Shown here: positions 1 through 8,747 of the stretch, one piece after another
Layout: every line of letters begins with the position of its first letter
How positions within the stretch are numbered: the stretch's first letter is position 1
Source of the DNA: Thermoplasmata archaeon
GTDB taxonomy: Archaea; Thermoplasmatota; Thermoplasmata; GCA-020350865
DNA length: 64,000 nt
Direction: 5' to 3'
Assembly: GCA_020348445.1 (NCBI GenBank)
Contig: CP070751.1
Location: forward strand, 190,006 to 254,005
The notes under the pieces: generated by a model
The model's input: only the letters and a program-made list of their open reading frames with translations
What the model was told of the DNA's origin: nothing
The model's database searches: none
Made by a program: the position numbers and the translations under genes

Positions 1-2046
1 ACCAGGATCAACTCGATAACAGCAATAGGATACGACATCATTATGCAAAGTGTTTTAGAAGAAGGCCTGGAAAGTTATTTTGATTGGTTCGAAAGTTACA
101 GAATGGAAATGCTGGCTTATTCCTTACCCGTGGTTGCGGTGGGATTTTATCTGGGAATAGTGGGAATCGACCTTTCAGTAGGGCAGAAGCGTAGGGTATA
201 TGGCATACTCAAAAGCCGCGGTGCAAACGAGAAACAGATCTATATGTCATTACTTCTAGAGGCCGTGATATTGGGCGTCATCGCCGGTATTTGTGGACTG
301 GTTCTGGGAGTTTTTATAAGCAGGATATTTCTTACCACGATTCCAGGTTCAAGAAACATAACACCTGATTTAGATTTCTTCCAGTTGAATATCTCCACAA
401 CTTCGATTTTGATGGCAATGATATTTGCCGTGATTCTCATGCTGTTCGCCAGCATCAAACCTGCAAAACGGGTCTCGCAAATGCCTGTAATAGAGTCTAT
501 GCATCATCGCTCTGAAGCCGCTTACGAGAGGGCATATTCACCCTTTTGGGACATATTCTTTGTTTCCTTTGCAGTCTTTGCATACATAATGGTGGCCGAA
601 GTGAACTTCAGTGAGCTTGATCCTGCGAGATTTGGTGTTGTGATCACGATTTTGCTGATCTTTTTATACATAATAAGCATTCTCTGGCTTCCCTTTTCTC
701 CTATCATATTGATGTTCAGTCTAACGAGATTGCTTACAAGGGGTACAGATAAGGTCTACAGGTTCTTCTCAAGGGCTGTCAAGCCATTTGCAGGGGAGCT
801 GTGGTACGTGATACACAAGAACATGACAAGGAATCCAAAGAGGGTCTCCATGGTTAGTATCATAATCGCCTTGGCCCTTGGATTCGGTATCTTCATGACC
901 ACGATGATAGGCACCACCATGTACGGCGAGGAGCTGGAAGAAAGGGCAAAGATAGGTGCTGATCTGTACGTTATCCCATCACAAAGGGATTTCTTAATTG
1001 AAGATGAGATAGAGAAAATTGATGGAGTTTCAGAGGTCATTCCCGTGACCTGGATGTCCAAAAGGGTCTTGGGAGGTGGAGAGTACCTTACAAGGAAGAT
1101 TTCTTTTTTCAATGCATCAGAATATTTGGGTCATGTGGACGTTGACGATCACTATTTTGTCTCAGGATCACCAAAAGATGCCCTGACCAAACTGAGCAGT
1201 GGAAATGCCATTATCGTGGGCGAAAGTATTGCAGAAACTAATTCCCTGAGTGTTGGGAGCCGTGTTAGAGTCGAGGATATTTCAGAAGATGGTGGCGGGG
1301 ATTCCCGTGATGATGATCCAATTCTGAAGACAAACACCTTCACTGTAGTGGGGATTGTCAGGGCCATGCCTGGCCTGGAGTACATAGATATGGGTCAAAA
1401 TTACTGGGGCGGGGGCATTTACATGGATTTTTCTTCCCTGGATACATCTTCATGGGATTTTAATTCGGAATGGCACTTTCTCGTGGATGTGGAAGATGGT
1501 AAAGATTCAAAGGTTGTTGAAAACGCAATATTTGAAAACCTGGGTCCTGCAATCAAGGAAATTAAAAATCTCAAGACCGCAATCAACAATATTCGAAATG
1601 ACATGCCCTCAAATTCTATTCTGTATCTAATGCTCATAAACATAGGTTTTATGATAATCATCATAACAATGGGCCTGGGTTTGATTTTGTTCATCTCCAT
1701 AAGCGAGCGAAAAAACGAGTTCGCCACCATGATGGCAAGGGGAGCTGAGAGCAAACATATTTCTGTGTTGATCATAGGGGAGGCCTTGTCCATAACCATG
1801 GTGGGCGCCATTGTCGGGGTATTTTCTGGCCTGTTTACGGCGTACACATTCAACAAGATGCTTACCAAAACCACACTTTTCGGAGCAGGGCAGGACATGA
1901 TGTCTGGCAGGCCACTTATTATACCCTGGTATGGAGTCTTAATTATTATACTCGCTCTAATCGCGTTGATTATCACATCGATTCTCGCTGCATTTCGGGC
2001 AAAGAGAATCAAACTGCATTCGGCCTTAAGAATCAGAGGTGGATGA
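1..2046 (+). CDS. ABC transporter permease, FtsX/MacB-like (5'-truncated at window edge)
   Basis: Frame is open from nt 1. Two FtsX-type TM blocks (GILKSRGA; EFATMMARGA) flank a large extracytoplasmic loop. Overlaps the downstream ATPase. Confidence 0.85.
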   Translation, partial: TRINSITAIGYDIIMQSVLEEGLESYFDWFESYRMEMLAYSLPVVAVGFYLGIVGIDLSVGQKRRVYGILKSRGANEKQIYMSLLLEAVILGVIAGICGLVLGVFISRIFLTTIPGSRNITPDLDFFQLNISTTSILMAMIFAVILMLFASIKPAKRVSQMPVIESMHHRSEAAYERAYSPFWDIFFVSFAVFAYIMVAEVNFSELDPARFGVVITILLIFLYIISILWLPFSPIILMFSLTRLLTRGTDKVYRFFSRAVKPFAGELWYVIHKNMTRNPKRVSMVSIIIALALGFGIFMTTMIGTTMYGEELEERAKIGADLYVIPSQRDFLIEDEIEKIDGVSEVIPVTWMSKRVLGGGEYLTRKISFFNASEYLGHVDVDDHYFVSGSPKDALTKLSSGNAIIVGESIAETNSLSVGSRVRVEDISEDGGGDSRDDDPILKTNTFTVVGIVRAMPGLEYIDMGQNYWGGGIYMDFSSLDTSSWDFNSEWHFLVDVEDGKDSKVVENAIFENLGPAIKEIKNLKTAINNIRNDMPSNSILYLMLINIGFMIIIITMGLGLILFISISERKNEFATMMARGAESKHISVLIIGEALSITMVGAIVGVFSGLFTAYTFNKMLTKTTLFGAGQDMMSGRPLIIPWYGVLIIILALIALIITSILAAFRAKRIKLHSALRIRGG

Positions 2047-2047
2047 A

Positions 2048-2824
2048 ATGGCTAACATAGCAATAAAAGATTTGATGAGGGTGTACAAGACTGGAAAGTC
2101 CGAGGTAATAGCACTTCGGGGTTTGAATTTGAACGTCAAAGACGGCGAGATCATCGCTATCATGGGCCCCTCTGGTTGTGGAAAGACGACTTTATTGAAT
2201 CTCATTGGAGGGTTGGACAGGCCCACGGCCGGCTCTATAGTGGTGGACGGACAGAACATAATCAATTTCCCGGACAGCGAACTTGTACGATACAGAAGGG
2301 AGGATGTGGGCTTCGTTTTCCAGTTCTTCAATCTTGTCCCCACCCTCACTGCCTATGAAAACATTGAGCTGCCCATGAGGCTCGCCGCAAAACCAAGTGC
2401 GGAGAGAAAGAAAAGGGTAACTGAGCTTTTAGAATTGGTGGATATGAAGGAGAGGGCAGTGCATATGCCTGACGAGCTTTCCGGTGGGGAGCAGCAGCGC
2501 GTTGCACTGGCAACGGCCCTTGCCAATGACCCGAAGGTGATTTTAGCTGATGAGCCCACAGGTGAATTGGACACAAAGACAGGAAGGGAGGTCCTTCAGC
2601 TCTTCAAGACCTTAAGGGACAAGTACAACAAAACCGAGATCATAGTGACCCATGATCTTCGAATATCCGAATTTGCAGACAGATCACTCACTATAATCGA
2701 TGGATTGATAACTGGCCAGCAGGATGAATTCGAAAGAAAGAGAATGAAAAAATACGAGGAATTTCAAAAGGCTCTGGAATTGCCCACGGATGAAGTTGCA
2801 TCCTCTGAATCTAAATCTCATTAG
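2048..2824 (+). CDS. ABC transporter ATP-binding protein, LolD/MacB-like
   Basis: Walker A GPSGCGKT, signature LSGGEQQRV, Walker [13 protein letters not shown]-loop VTHD. ATG at 2048 follows a GAGGTGG RBS (the track starts at GTG 2039). Confidence 0.95.
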   Translation: MANIAIKDLMRVYKTGKSEVIALRGLNLNVKDGEIIAIMGPSGCGKTTLLNLIGGLDRPTAGSIVVDGQNIINFPDSELVRYRREDVGFVFQFFNLVPTLTAYENIELPMRLAAKPSAERKKRVTELLELVDMKERAVHMPDELSGGEQQRVALATALANDPKVILADEPTGELDTKTGREVLQLFKTLRDKYNKTEIIVTHDLRISEFADRSLTIIDGLITGQQDEFERKRMKKYEEFQKALELPTDEVASSESKSH

Positions 2825-2877
2825 ATATTAATTTCTTCCATCATTTTTTTATATTCTAAAATGCTTGTGGTTATTTG

Positions 2878-3693
2878 ATGGTCGACGAAATTCCTTCATT
2901 AACACTACAGGAGAAAACACTTCTTCACCTTCTGGATTTCAAGGGTCTGGAAGATACGTTCGAGCTTCCTCCGGAAGTCACACAAAAAGGGATTGCAGCT
3001 AAGATAGGAGCGCAGCGAAAGCACATGCCTAGGATCCTGAAGAAGCTCGTGGATAGCAACATGGTATCTGAAAGGAGGGGGCGCGTTCAGGGAAGCTCGC
3101 AGAGCATGAAGGTGTACCTCCTTACATGGAACGGAATTTCCAAGGCCAATAAAATAAAGGAGTTCGCAGAAAACTCACAAATCAGGGTTAGGGACAGAGA
3201 AGGTAACCTCGTCGAAGCGAAAATCGAGGATGTAAACGACATTATAGAGGGGGAATTGTCACTTCTTGATATTATCAACAACATCTCCGAAGGTGGGATC
3301 TTCGAGGGAATAGTCGAGGGCATAGAAGATGTTGAAGAACTCGAGCCCATGCCGCCGAAACACGAGATATACTGGCACACACTTCTTCAGGTATGGAAGG
3401 ACGGAAGGGCAAGTGTGGACGAGGAGGATATCCTAAAGGAACTCAGAAAGATTCTGAACATATCAGATGAAGATCACATCAGGATGCAGGAGAGAATCAT
3501 AAGGTACGCATCCCCGGTGAGAAAGAAGCTCCTTGATATATATTCTGCTGCATACGAGGCCGCCCTCAAAGACGATCTCATTACCGACGATGAGAGGGCG
3601 CTTTTGGAGGCCTTAAGGCAGAAGCTCGGCCTCAAAGAGGACGAGCAAAAAGAGATTGAAGACAAGATAAACCAAACGCGCATACGCTCTTAG
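2878..3693 (+). CDS. Winged-helix DNA-binding protein with C-terminal TerB-like helical repeats
   Basis: N-terminal wHTH-like VTQKGIAAKIGAQRKHMPRILKKL...KVYLLT. Two C-terminal repeats of xDxxIxxDExxxLxxLRxxLxI/L. Confidence 0.55.
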   Translation: MVDEIPSLTLQEKTLLHLLDFKGLEDTFELPPEVTQKGIAAKIGAQRKHMPRILKKLVDSNMVSERRGRVQGSSQSMKVYLLTWNGISKANKIKEFAENSQIRVRDREGNLVEAKIEDVNDIIEGELSLLDIINNISEGGIFEGIVEGIEDVEELEPMPPKHEIYWHTLLQVWKDGRASVDEEDILKELRKILNISDEDHIRMQERIIRYASPVRKKLLDIYSAAYEAALKDDLITDDERALLEALRQKLGLKEDEQKEIEDKINQTRIRS

Positions 3694-3722
3694 ATTCTTT
3701 ATTATTATTCAAAAATGGTGAA

Positions 3723-4535
3723 GTGATGCACGAGATCTTCGAGCCAAAAATCTATTACAAGGACAGCAGGAATATGAGTGATGTTCCTGATGGCTCAGTA
3801 CATCTTGTCATCACAAGTCCCCCCTATTTCAATACCAAGGATTACAGTGACGATACAACAGGTGCAGACTTGGGTAACATCGACGATTTAAATGTGTGGT
3901 TGTCCGAGATAAAGAAGGTGTGGAGTGAGTGCTTCCGGGTCCTTTCACCTGGAAGGAAGATGTTCATCAATATAATGAACCTGCCAATTACAGTTGACAA
4001 CACTTTCCGGTCCCTCAATCTGGTGGGGAGGACCACAGATCTATGCGAGGATTTAGGATTTATTTTCAAGAGGGACATAATCTGGCATAAAACCAATTCT
4101 GTAAGGGCACCCTTCGGCAGTTACCCATATCCCGTGGGAATCCTGATAAACAACATGCACGAATCGATTCTGGAGTTCGAGAAACCAAGTGACGGGAAAT
4201 CCAAATACGATCACCTGTCCCAGGAAAACAAGGAAGCCTCAAAATTAGAGCGGGATTTCTGGCTTGCACTGAAGAACTCGGATGTGTGGATCATGAAACC
4301 TTATAAGAGTGGGACAAGGGAGCATCTTGCTCCTTTTCCTGATGAACTGCCCTTTCGCCTGATCAAGGGGTATTCATATTTGTCCGAGACAGTGCTCGAC
4401 CCCTTTCTTGGCATGGGGACCACCTTGAAGGTTGCTAAGAGATTGGGGAGAAGAAGCATAGGTTATGAGATCAATAAGAACTATAAACATATGATCGATT
4501 CTGCTCTTTCCCAGAAGCTGCTGGTTGAGTTTTAA
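3723..4535 (+). CDS. Site-specific DNA methyltransferase, N4-C/N6-A, beta class (orphan)
   Basis: Motif IV ITSPPY precedes motif I VLDPFLGMGTT. No endonuclease gene is adjacent. Confidence 0.9.
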   Translation: MMHEIFEPKIYYKDSRNMSDVPDGSVHLVITSPPYFNTKDYSDDTTGADLGNIDDLNVWLSEIKKVWSECFRVLSPGRKMFINIMNLPITVDNTFRSLNLVGRTTDLCEDLGFIFKRDIIWHKTNSVRAPFGSYPYPVGILINNMHESILEFEKPSDGKSKYDHLSQENKEASKLERDFWLALKNSDVWIMKPYKSGTREHLAPFPDELPFRLIKGYSYLSETVLDPFLGMGTTLKVAKRLGRRSIGYEINKNYKHMIDSALSQKLLVEF

Positions 4536-4548
4536 GGCCTGAAAAATA

Positions 4549-5256
4549 TCATTCCAGTCTTCCTGTCAAACCGCATTCTGGGCATGAAATCTTTGCAGGC
4601 CTACTTGTTTTTGTTATAACAAAAACCTTTTTACATTTTGGACAAGTGACCTGTTCAAGCTGCGAGGGTGAAGGCAGGTCAGTTTGGGCAGCCTGGGCCT
4701 CCTGAGGTGATAACATTGATTTACTAGGGGGTTGGCCTGATGGTGAAGCACCTGGTTGGGACGCAATTTGCATGGTACCTTGAGTTGCCGGTTCCACTTT
4801 AAACTGAACCACATCTTCTACAGTGAGCTTTTTTGTGATTGAGCCAGCTATCATGACCACCAGACCAAGAACGATGAATAGAACGCCAAATGAACCGCCC
4901 AGAGTGGGAATCTTCTCCACAAGATAGCTATTTTCATCCCAGTTTGTGGCGTTCTTTCCAAATTCGATTGTAATGAGCACATTATCATCTTTATCGAAGG
5001 TGTCATCCTTAGTGTAAACCAGGATTTCTCCATTATCCAGCTCAAGGATATATATATCGCCTGTTTGAGTAATAGCGGTTATCTCCCCCACGTACCTGAT
5101 GGTCTTTTCCTCTTTTACATCACTTATTTCAAAGGAGTCCTTTGTCTCATATGCGATAAGTGGCCATAACATCAACACCATGAAAATGCCTATGATTAAA
5201 ATAACCAAACCCATGACCACAAAACCGGCTCTCATCTTAAACACCGTGTTTATCAA
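4549..5256 (-). CDS. Two-TM membrane protein with C-terminal zinc ribbon
   Basis: Two hydrophobic helices, a P/Q/S-rich linker, then CPKC...CPEC. Confidence 0.7.
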   Translation of the reverse strand: MINTVFKMRAGFVVMGLVILIIGIFMVLMLWPLIAYETKDSFEISDVKEEKTIRYVGEITAITQTGDIYILELDNGEILVYTKDDTFDKDDNVLITIEFGKNATNWDENSYLVEKIPTLGGSFGVLFIVLGLVVMIAGSITKKLTVEDVVQFKVEPATQGTMQIASQPGASPSGQPPSKSMLSPQEAQAAQTDLPSPSQLEQVTCPKCKKVFVITKTSRPAKISCPECGLTGRLE

Positions 5257-5409
5257 ATCCAGGATTTATCTTTGGACGTCTTTATTATATTAGAGATTGG
5301 GTTGTGTATTTGAATTTTTTGGCCTTTGGAATAGATAAAAAAATCCTAAAAATATCAATTATCCTTCCTCGGGCAATCACGAAAGCTTTATATAGAAAAG
5401 TTATCCTAT

Positions 5410-6375
5410 ATGTCGATTGGCATGACCAGAAAGGAGGTTCTCACAGAAATAAGGAATATCCTGATCAATATTGGATTTTCTGTGTCGGAACCGCATTCGA
5501 TGAGAAGTATAAGTTTTGATTTAGTAGCAAAAAGGGACGACGTGCTGCTAATAATAAAGGCCCTGGGCAATGTGGATGCTTTTAACAAGGAGAATGCCAA
5601 GGAGCTGCAGATACTGGCAAACCTGCTGCAAGGCTCCCCCTTTATCATTGGAGCTAAAAGCAGCACAAGCGAAATAGAAGATGGGGTAGTATATTTTCGA
5701 TATGGCATACCCATAATCTCAATGGGAACATTCAAGGACTTCTTTGTGGAGGAGGTCCCGCCCTTTGTTTTTGCCGCACCTGGTGGACTTTATGTTCATA
5801 TAGACGGTAAACTGCTTAGAAGTATAAGAGAAAATAATCAACTATCACTTGGCTCCCTTGCTGAAATTGCCAAGGTATCGCGTCGCAGCATACAGCTTTA
5901 TGAAAGTGGTATGGGGGCCATGGTTGATGCAGCACTTAGAATCGAGGAATTTATAAATACACCGATTATACTGCCAATAAATCCGCTTATGTGCTATGCC
6001 AAGACAGATGAGGAAACAGACCAGTGGATCGACAGTTTCGAGAAATTCGAGGGATTAGAAAAGGATATCTTCCGTCGCCTGAAGGTCCTTGGATACAATA
6101 TCATGCCCACTGAAAAGAGCCCCTTTGATGCCCTGACCAAGGACACCAAGACCCTGATCTTAACCTCTGTTGAGCACTATGATGGCACCCTGGCAAAAAG
6201 GGCAAAGGTCGTGACAAATATATCAAAGGTTATAGAGAGGCATTCTGTTATATTTGTTGAGAAATCGAGAAAAACGAGCCTTGAGGGCGCCCCTCTAATC
6301 GACAGGAATGAGCTCAAGAACATCGATGATTCGGAGAGGATAATCGAACTCATCCTCGAAAGAAAGGGTAAGTAA
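5410..6375 (+). CDS. Archaeal HTH transcriptional regulator (COG1395-like; nuclease-fold domains plus Cro/C1 HTH)
   Basis: SFDLVAKRD...IIKAL N-terminus, GGLYVHIDG, HTH LSLGSLAEIAKVSRRSIQLYE. Confidence 0.85.
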   Translation: MSIGMTRKEVLTEIRNILINIGFSVSEPHSMRSISFDLVAKRDDVLLIIKALGNVDAFNKENAKELQILANLLQGSPFIIGAKSSTSEIEDGVVYFRYGIPIISMGTFKDFFVEEVPPFVFAAPGGLYVHIDGKLLRSIRENNQLSLGSLAEIAKVSRRSIQLYESGMGAMVDAALRIEEFINTPIILPINPLMCYAKTDEETDQWIDSFEKFEGLEKDIFRRLKVLGYNIMPTEKSPFDALTKDTKTLILTSVEHYDGTLAKRAKVVTNISKVIERHSVIFVEKSRKTSLEGAPLIDRNELKNIDDSERIIELILERKGK

Positions 6376-6389
6376 TATTTGGGAATTTT

Positions 6390-7034
6390 ATGAAAGAAAT
6401 TCAATTGGGAACCTCCAAGATATATATCCCGGAGATCATAAATGGTTTGACCAGCGAAACTGCCAAGGTGAATAACGCTTATAAAAAGGTCAATCCTGAT
6501 GTTGTGGCTATTCAGGCCTCTGAGGAGGAATTGGAGGGACTGAAAAGTGTTATTGAGGGGGAGGAATGCGATTACTTTCTATCAAATTACGAAGAAATTT
6601 ATGCGAGAAGGCTGGCATCTTTCGGCGAGGTCAAGGTCCCTCCACCATGCTATGAAACTGCCCTGAAATTATGTTTAGATAATGAAACTCCCATCGCCGC
6701 CATTGATATGGGGGATATATATTATGCGGACGTTTTCTGCGAATGCATCTCGGGATGGGATCTGATTCGACATTCTTTAAGGGTGAAGAAGATGAGAAGA
6801 AAGCGTTTTCGTGCAAAAACCCCCGAAGAATTCGTACTTGAATGGGACAAAGAGATAAACAAGCTCAAGGGCTTCAGACATCTTGAGGCAAAACGCGAGG
6901 AGTATATGGCCCGCGAGCTTATTAGATTGGCGAAGGAGCACGAGCGCATCCTAAGCATCATCGAGATGCAGAGGGCAGAAGGTGTGTACAAGCGGATACA
7001 AAAGGAAATAGATACTGAGATTAGCAATGAGTAG
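6390..7034 (+). CDS. Hypothetical protein with distant TraB/TIKI-like features
   Basis: PDVVAIQ, PIAAIDM and REEYMARxL resemble TraB-family motifs but are degenerate. Confidence 0.5.
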   Translation: MKEIQLGTSKIYIPEIINGLTSETAKVNNAYKKVNPDVVAIQASEEELEGLKSVIEGEECDYFLSNYEEIYARRLASFGEVKVPPPCYETALKLCLDNETPIAAIDMGDIYYADVFCECISGWDLIRHSLRVKKMRRKRFRAKTPEEFVLEWDKEINKLKGFRHLEAKREEYMARELIRLAKEHERILSIIEMQRAEGVYKRIQKEIDTEISNE

Positions 7035-7363
7035 CTCAAGGGAATTACACTTAATTAAAATTGTAAATATCTGAATTTGAGTTTCTAATTTTTTATGTGT
7101 TATTGGGTGGGAGGAGGGCGGTAGGTGGTAGGCAGATTTTTAGGCGGGAGGGGGTAATGGATGGAGGGGGAAATAGATAGAGGATTTCATTCTTTAATTT
7201 TCTGGGTGGGAAGTGAGGGTATTGGATAAGGGGAGCATAGGATGGGGGCATAGAAGTTCCTTTAAAATCGCCACTTAAAAAATAGGATTGCGAAGGTGGG
7301 CCCTTCATCTTCACAACCTTACCAAAAATATATCTCAACTATCACCTATTCGGAATCTGTGGC

Positions 7364-7936
7364 GTGATGACCAGCGATATTATCGAGATTGTTTTAATGG
7401 GCATATGGCTCACCATTCCCGCTTATGTTGCCAATCCCTCAGCCGTGCTCTTCGGCGGTGGCACTCCAATGGATTTTGGAAAGTCTCTTAAAAGCGGAGA
7501 GAGAATCCTAGGTGACGGAAAAACCTGGCGCGGTTTTTTCGGGGGCACAGGCTCAGGCATCATTATCGGCCTTATCCAGATTGCATCTTCCTCTCCAATT
7601 GATGAGGACCATTTTGGATTTGGTAAATTTCCTGATTTTATCGTGATAATAGTAATCTTGGCATTTGGGGCATTGATTGGTGATGTGCTTGGCAGTTTTG
7701 TGAAGAGGAGACTAGGGATTAAACGAGGGAAAAAGGCTCCAATTCTGGATCAATACGATTTTCTAATGGGCGCGTGGCTGCTGATACTAATTTTTAAAAC
7801 TCAGTGGTTCCTAGACCACTTCATTATCTGGCCTGCAACACTGGCCTTAATTACCGTAATAATTTTAACGCCCTTCCTTCATAGGGGGGTGAACGTATTG
7901 GGCTATAAAATGGGCAAGAAAGATGTTCCTTGGTGA
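7364..7936 (+). CDS. carS: CDP-archaeol synthase
   Basis: PAYVANPSAVLFGGGTPMDFG, ILGDGKTWRG, GDVLGSFVKRRLG, PILDQYDF. Confidence 0.95.
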   Translation: MMTSDIIEIVLMGIWLTIPAYVANPSAVLFGGGTPMDFGKSLKSGERILGDGKTWRGFFGGTGSGIIIGLIQIASSSPIDEDHFGFGKFPDFIVIIVILAFGALIGDVLGSFVKRRLGIKRGKKAPILDQYDFLMGAWLLILIFKTQWFLDHFIIWPATLALITVIILTPFLHRGVNVLGYKMGKKDVPW

Positions 7937-7940
7937 TATC

Positions 7941-8087
7941 ATGGAAGGAAGATGCGAGATTTGTGATGCAAGACCTGCAACTCAGGAGTGTATCAAATGC
8001 CAAAAGAAGGTGTGTTCCACATGCTTTTGGACGCAAATCGGGGTTTGCAGGGAATGTGGAGATTCCGGCTCAGGGAAAATAGCGTAG
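7941..8087 (+). CDS. 48-aa double zinc-finger microprotein (not in ORF track)
   Basis: GGTGAT RBS then ATG. Translates as MEGRCEICDARPATQECIKCQKKVCSTCFWTQIGVCRECGDSGSGKIA* with four CxxC pairs. Lies between carS and pyrE. Confidence 0.8.
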   Translation: MEGRCEICDARPATQECIKCQKKVCSTCFWTQIGVCRECGDSGSGKIA

Positions 8088-8123
8088 TAACATGATATTC
8101 AATTTGGGGTTTGAGGTGAAAAT

Positions 8124-8627
8124 TTGTTGAAGGACTCCCTAAAGAAGTGCGGAGCTTTCAAAACAGGAGAGTTTACGCTCACAAGCGGTAAAAAAAGCAA
8201 CTTCTATGTCGACATCAAACAAGCAAGCACAGTCCCGGAAATACTAAGGGAAATTGCACAATGCATGGCTGGGAAGTTAACAGATGAAAAAAAGATCGCG
8301 GGTATGGAGTTGGGTGCAGTTCCTTTGGCTGTTGCACTATCACTTGAGACGAATTTACCTTATCTGATCATAAGAAAGAGGGAACGAAAACACGGAACAG
8401 GTAAACTCGTAGAGGGAAATCTAAAATCTGGGGATAAGGTCATCCTGGTCGAAGATGTGACCACCACTGGCTCATCCCTTCTTAAAGCGGCAGAAATCAT
8501 CAAGCAGGAAGGAGGCATCGTAGACAGGGCATTGGTCGTGGTTGACAGGGAGGAAGGGGCATTTGAGTTGCTAAAGGAAAATGGCCTCGAACTCGTGCCA
8601 CTTGTTCGGGTAAGCGAGATGATGTGA
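8124..8627 (+). CDS. pyrE: Orotate phosphoribosyltransferase
   Basis: FTLTSGKKSNFYVD, RKxxKHG loop, PRPP motif VEDVTTTGSS. Confidence 0.95.
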   Translation: MLKDSLKKCGAFKTGEFTLTSGKKSNFYVDIKQASTVPEILREIAQCMAGKLTDEKKIAGMELGAVPLAVALSLETNLPYLIIRKRERKHGTGKLVEGNLKSGDKVILVEDVTTTGSSLLKAAEIIKQEGGIVDRALVVVDREEGAFELLKENGLELVPLVRVSEMM

Positions 8628-8747
8628 AAAGGTGGATACCCCCCTTGTAACCCATAAATACACAGACAAAACTTTTAATACAACAAATATTCATTATTCT
8701 GTTTAATAGAATGTAGACTTTATTTAAAATCTAAACCGGCAATAGGT

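Noticed and set aside
1419-2012. Long antisense ORFs (e.g. 1419..2012, 20415..20864, 29520..30113, 27947..28441)
   Set aside because: They are shadows of well-supported genes on the opposite strand.
3723-4535. Complete restriction-modification system
   Set aside because: No endonuclease or specificity subunit is adjacent.
7093-7338. Pro-rich ORF (also 14990..15196)
   Set aside because: These are by-products of the G-rich intergenic element, with no protein-like features.
8680-8740. Imperfect palindrome TAGACTTTATTTAAAATCTA as an operator
   Set aside because: It lies in AT-rich promoter DNA where such symmetry is expected by chance, and I saw no second copy.
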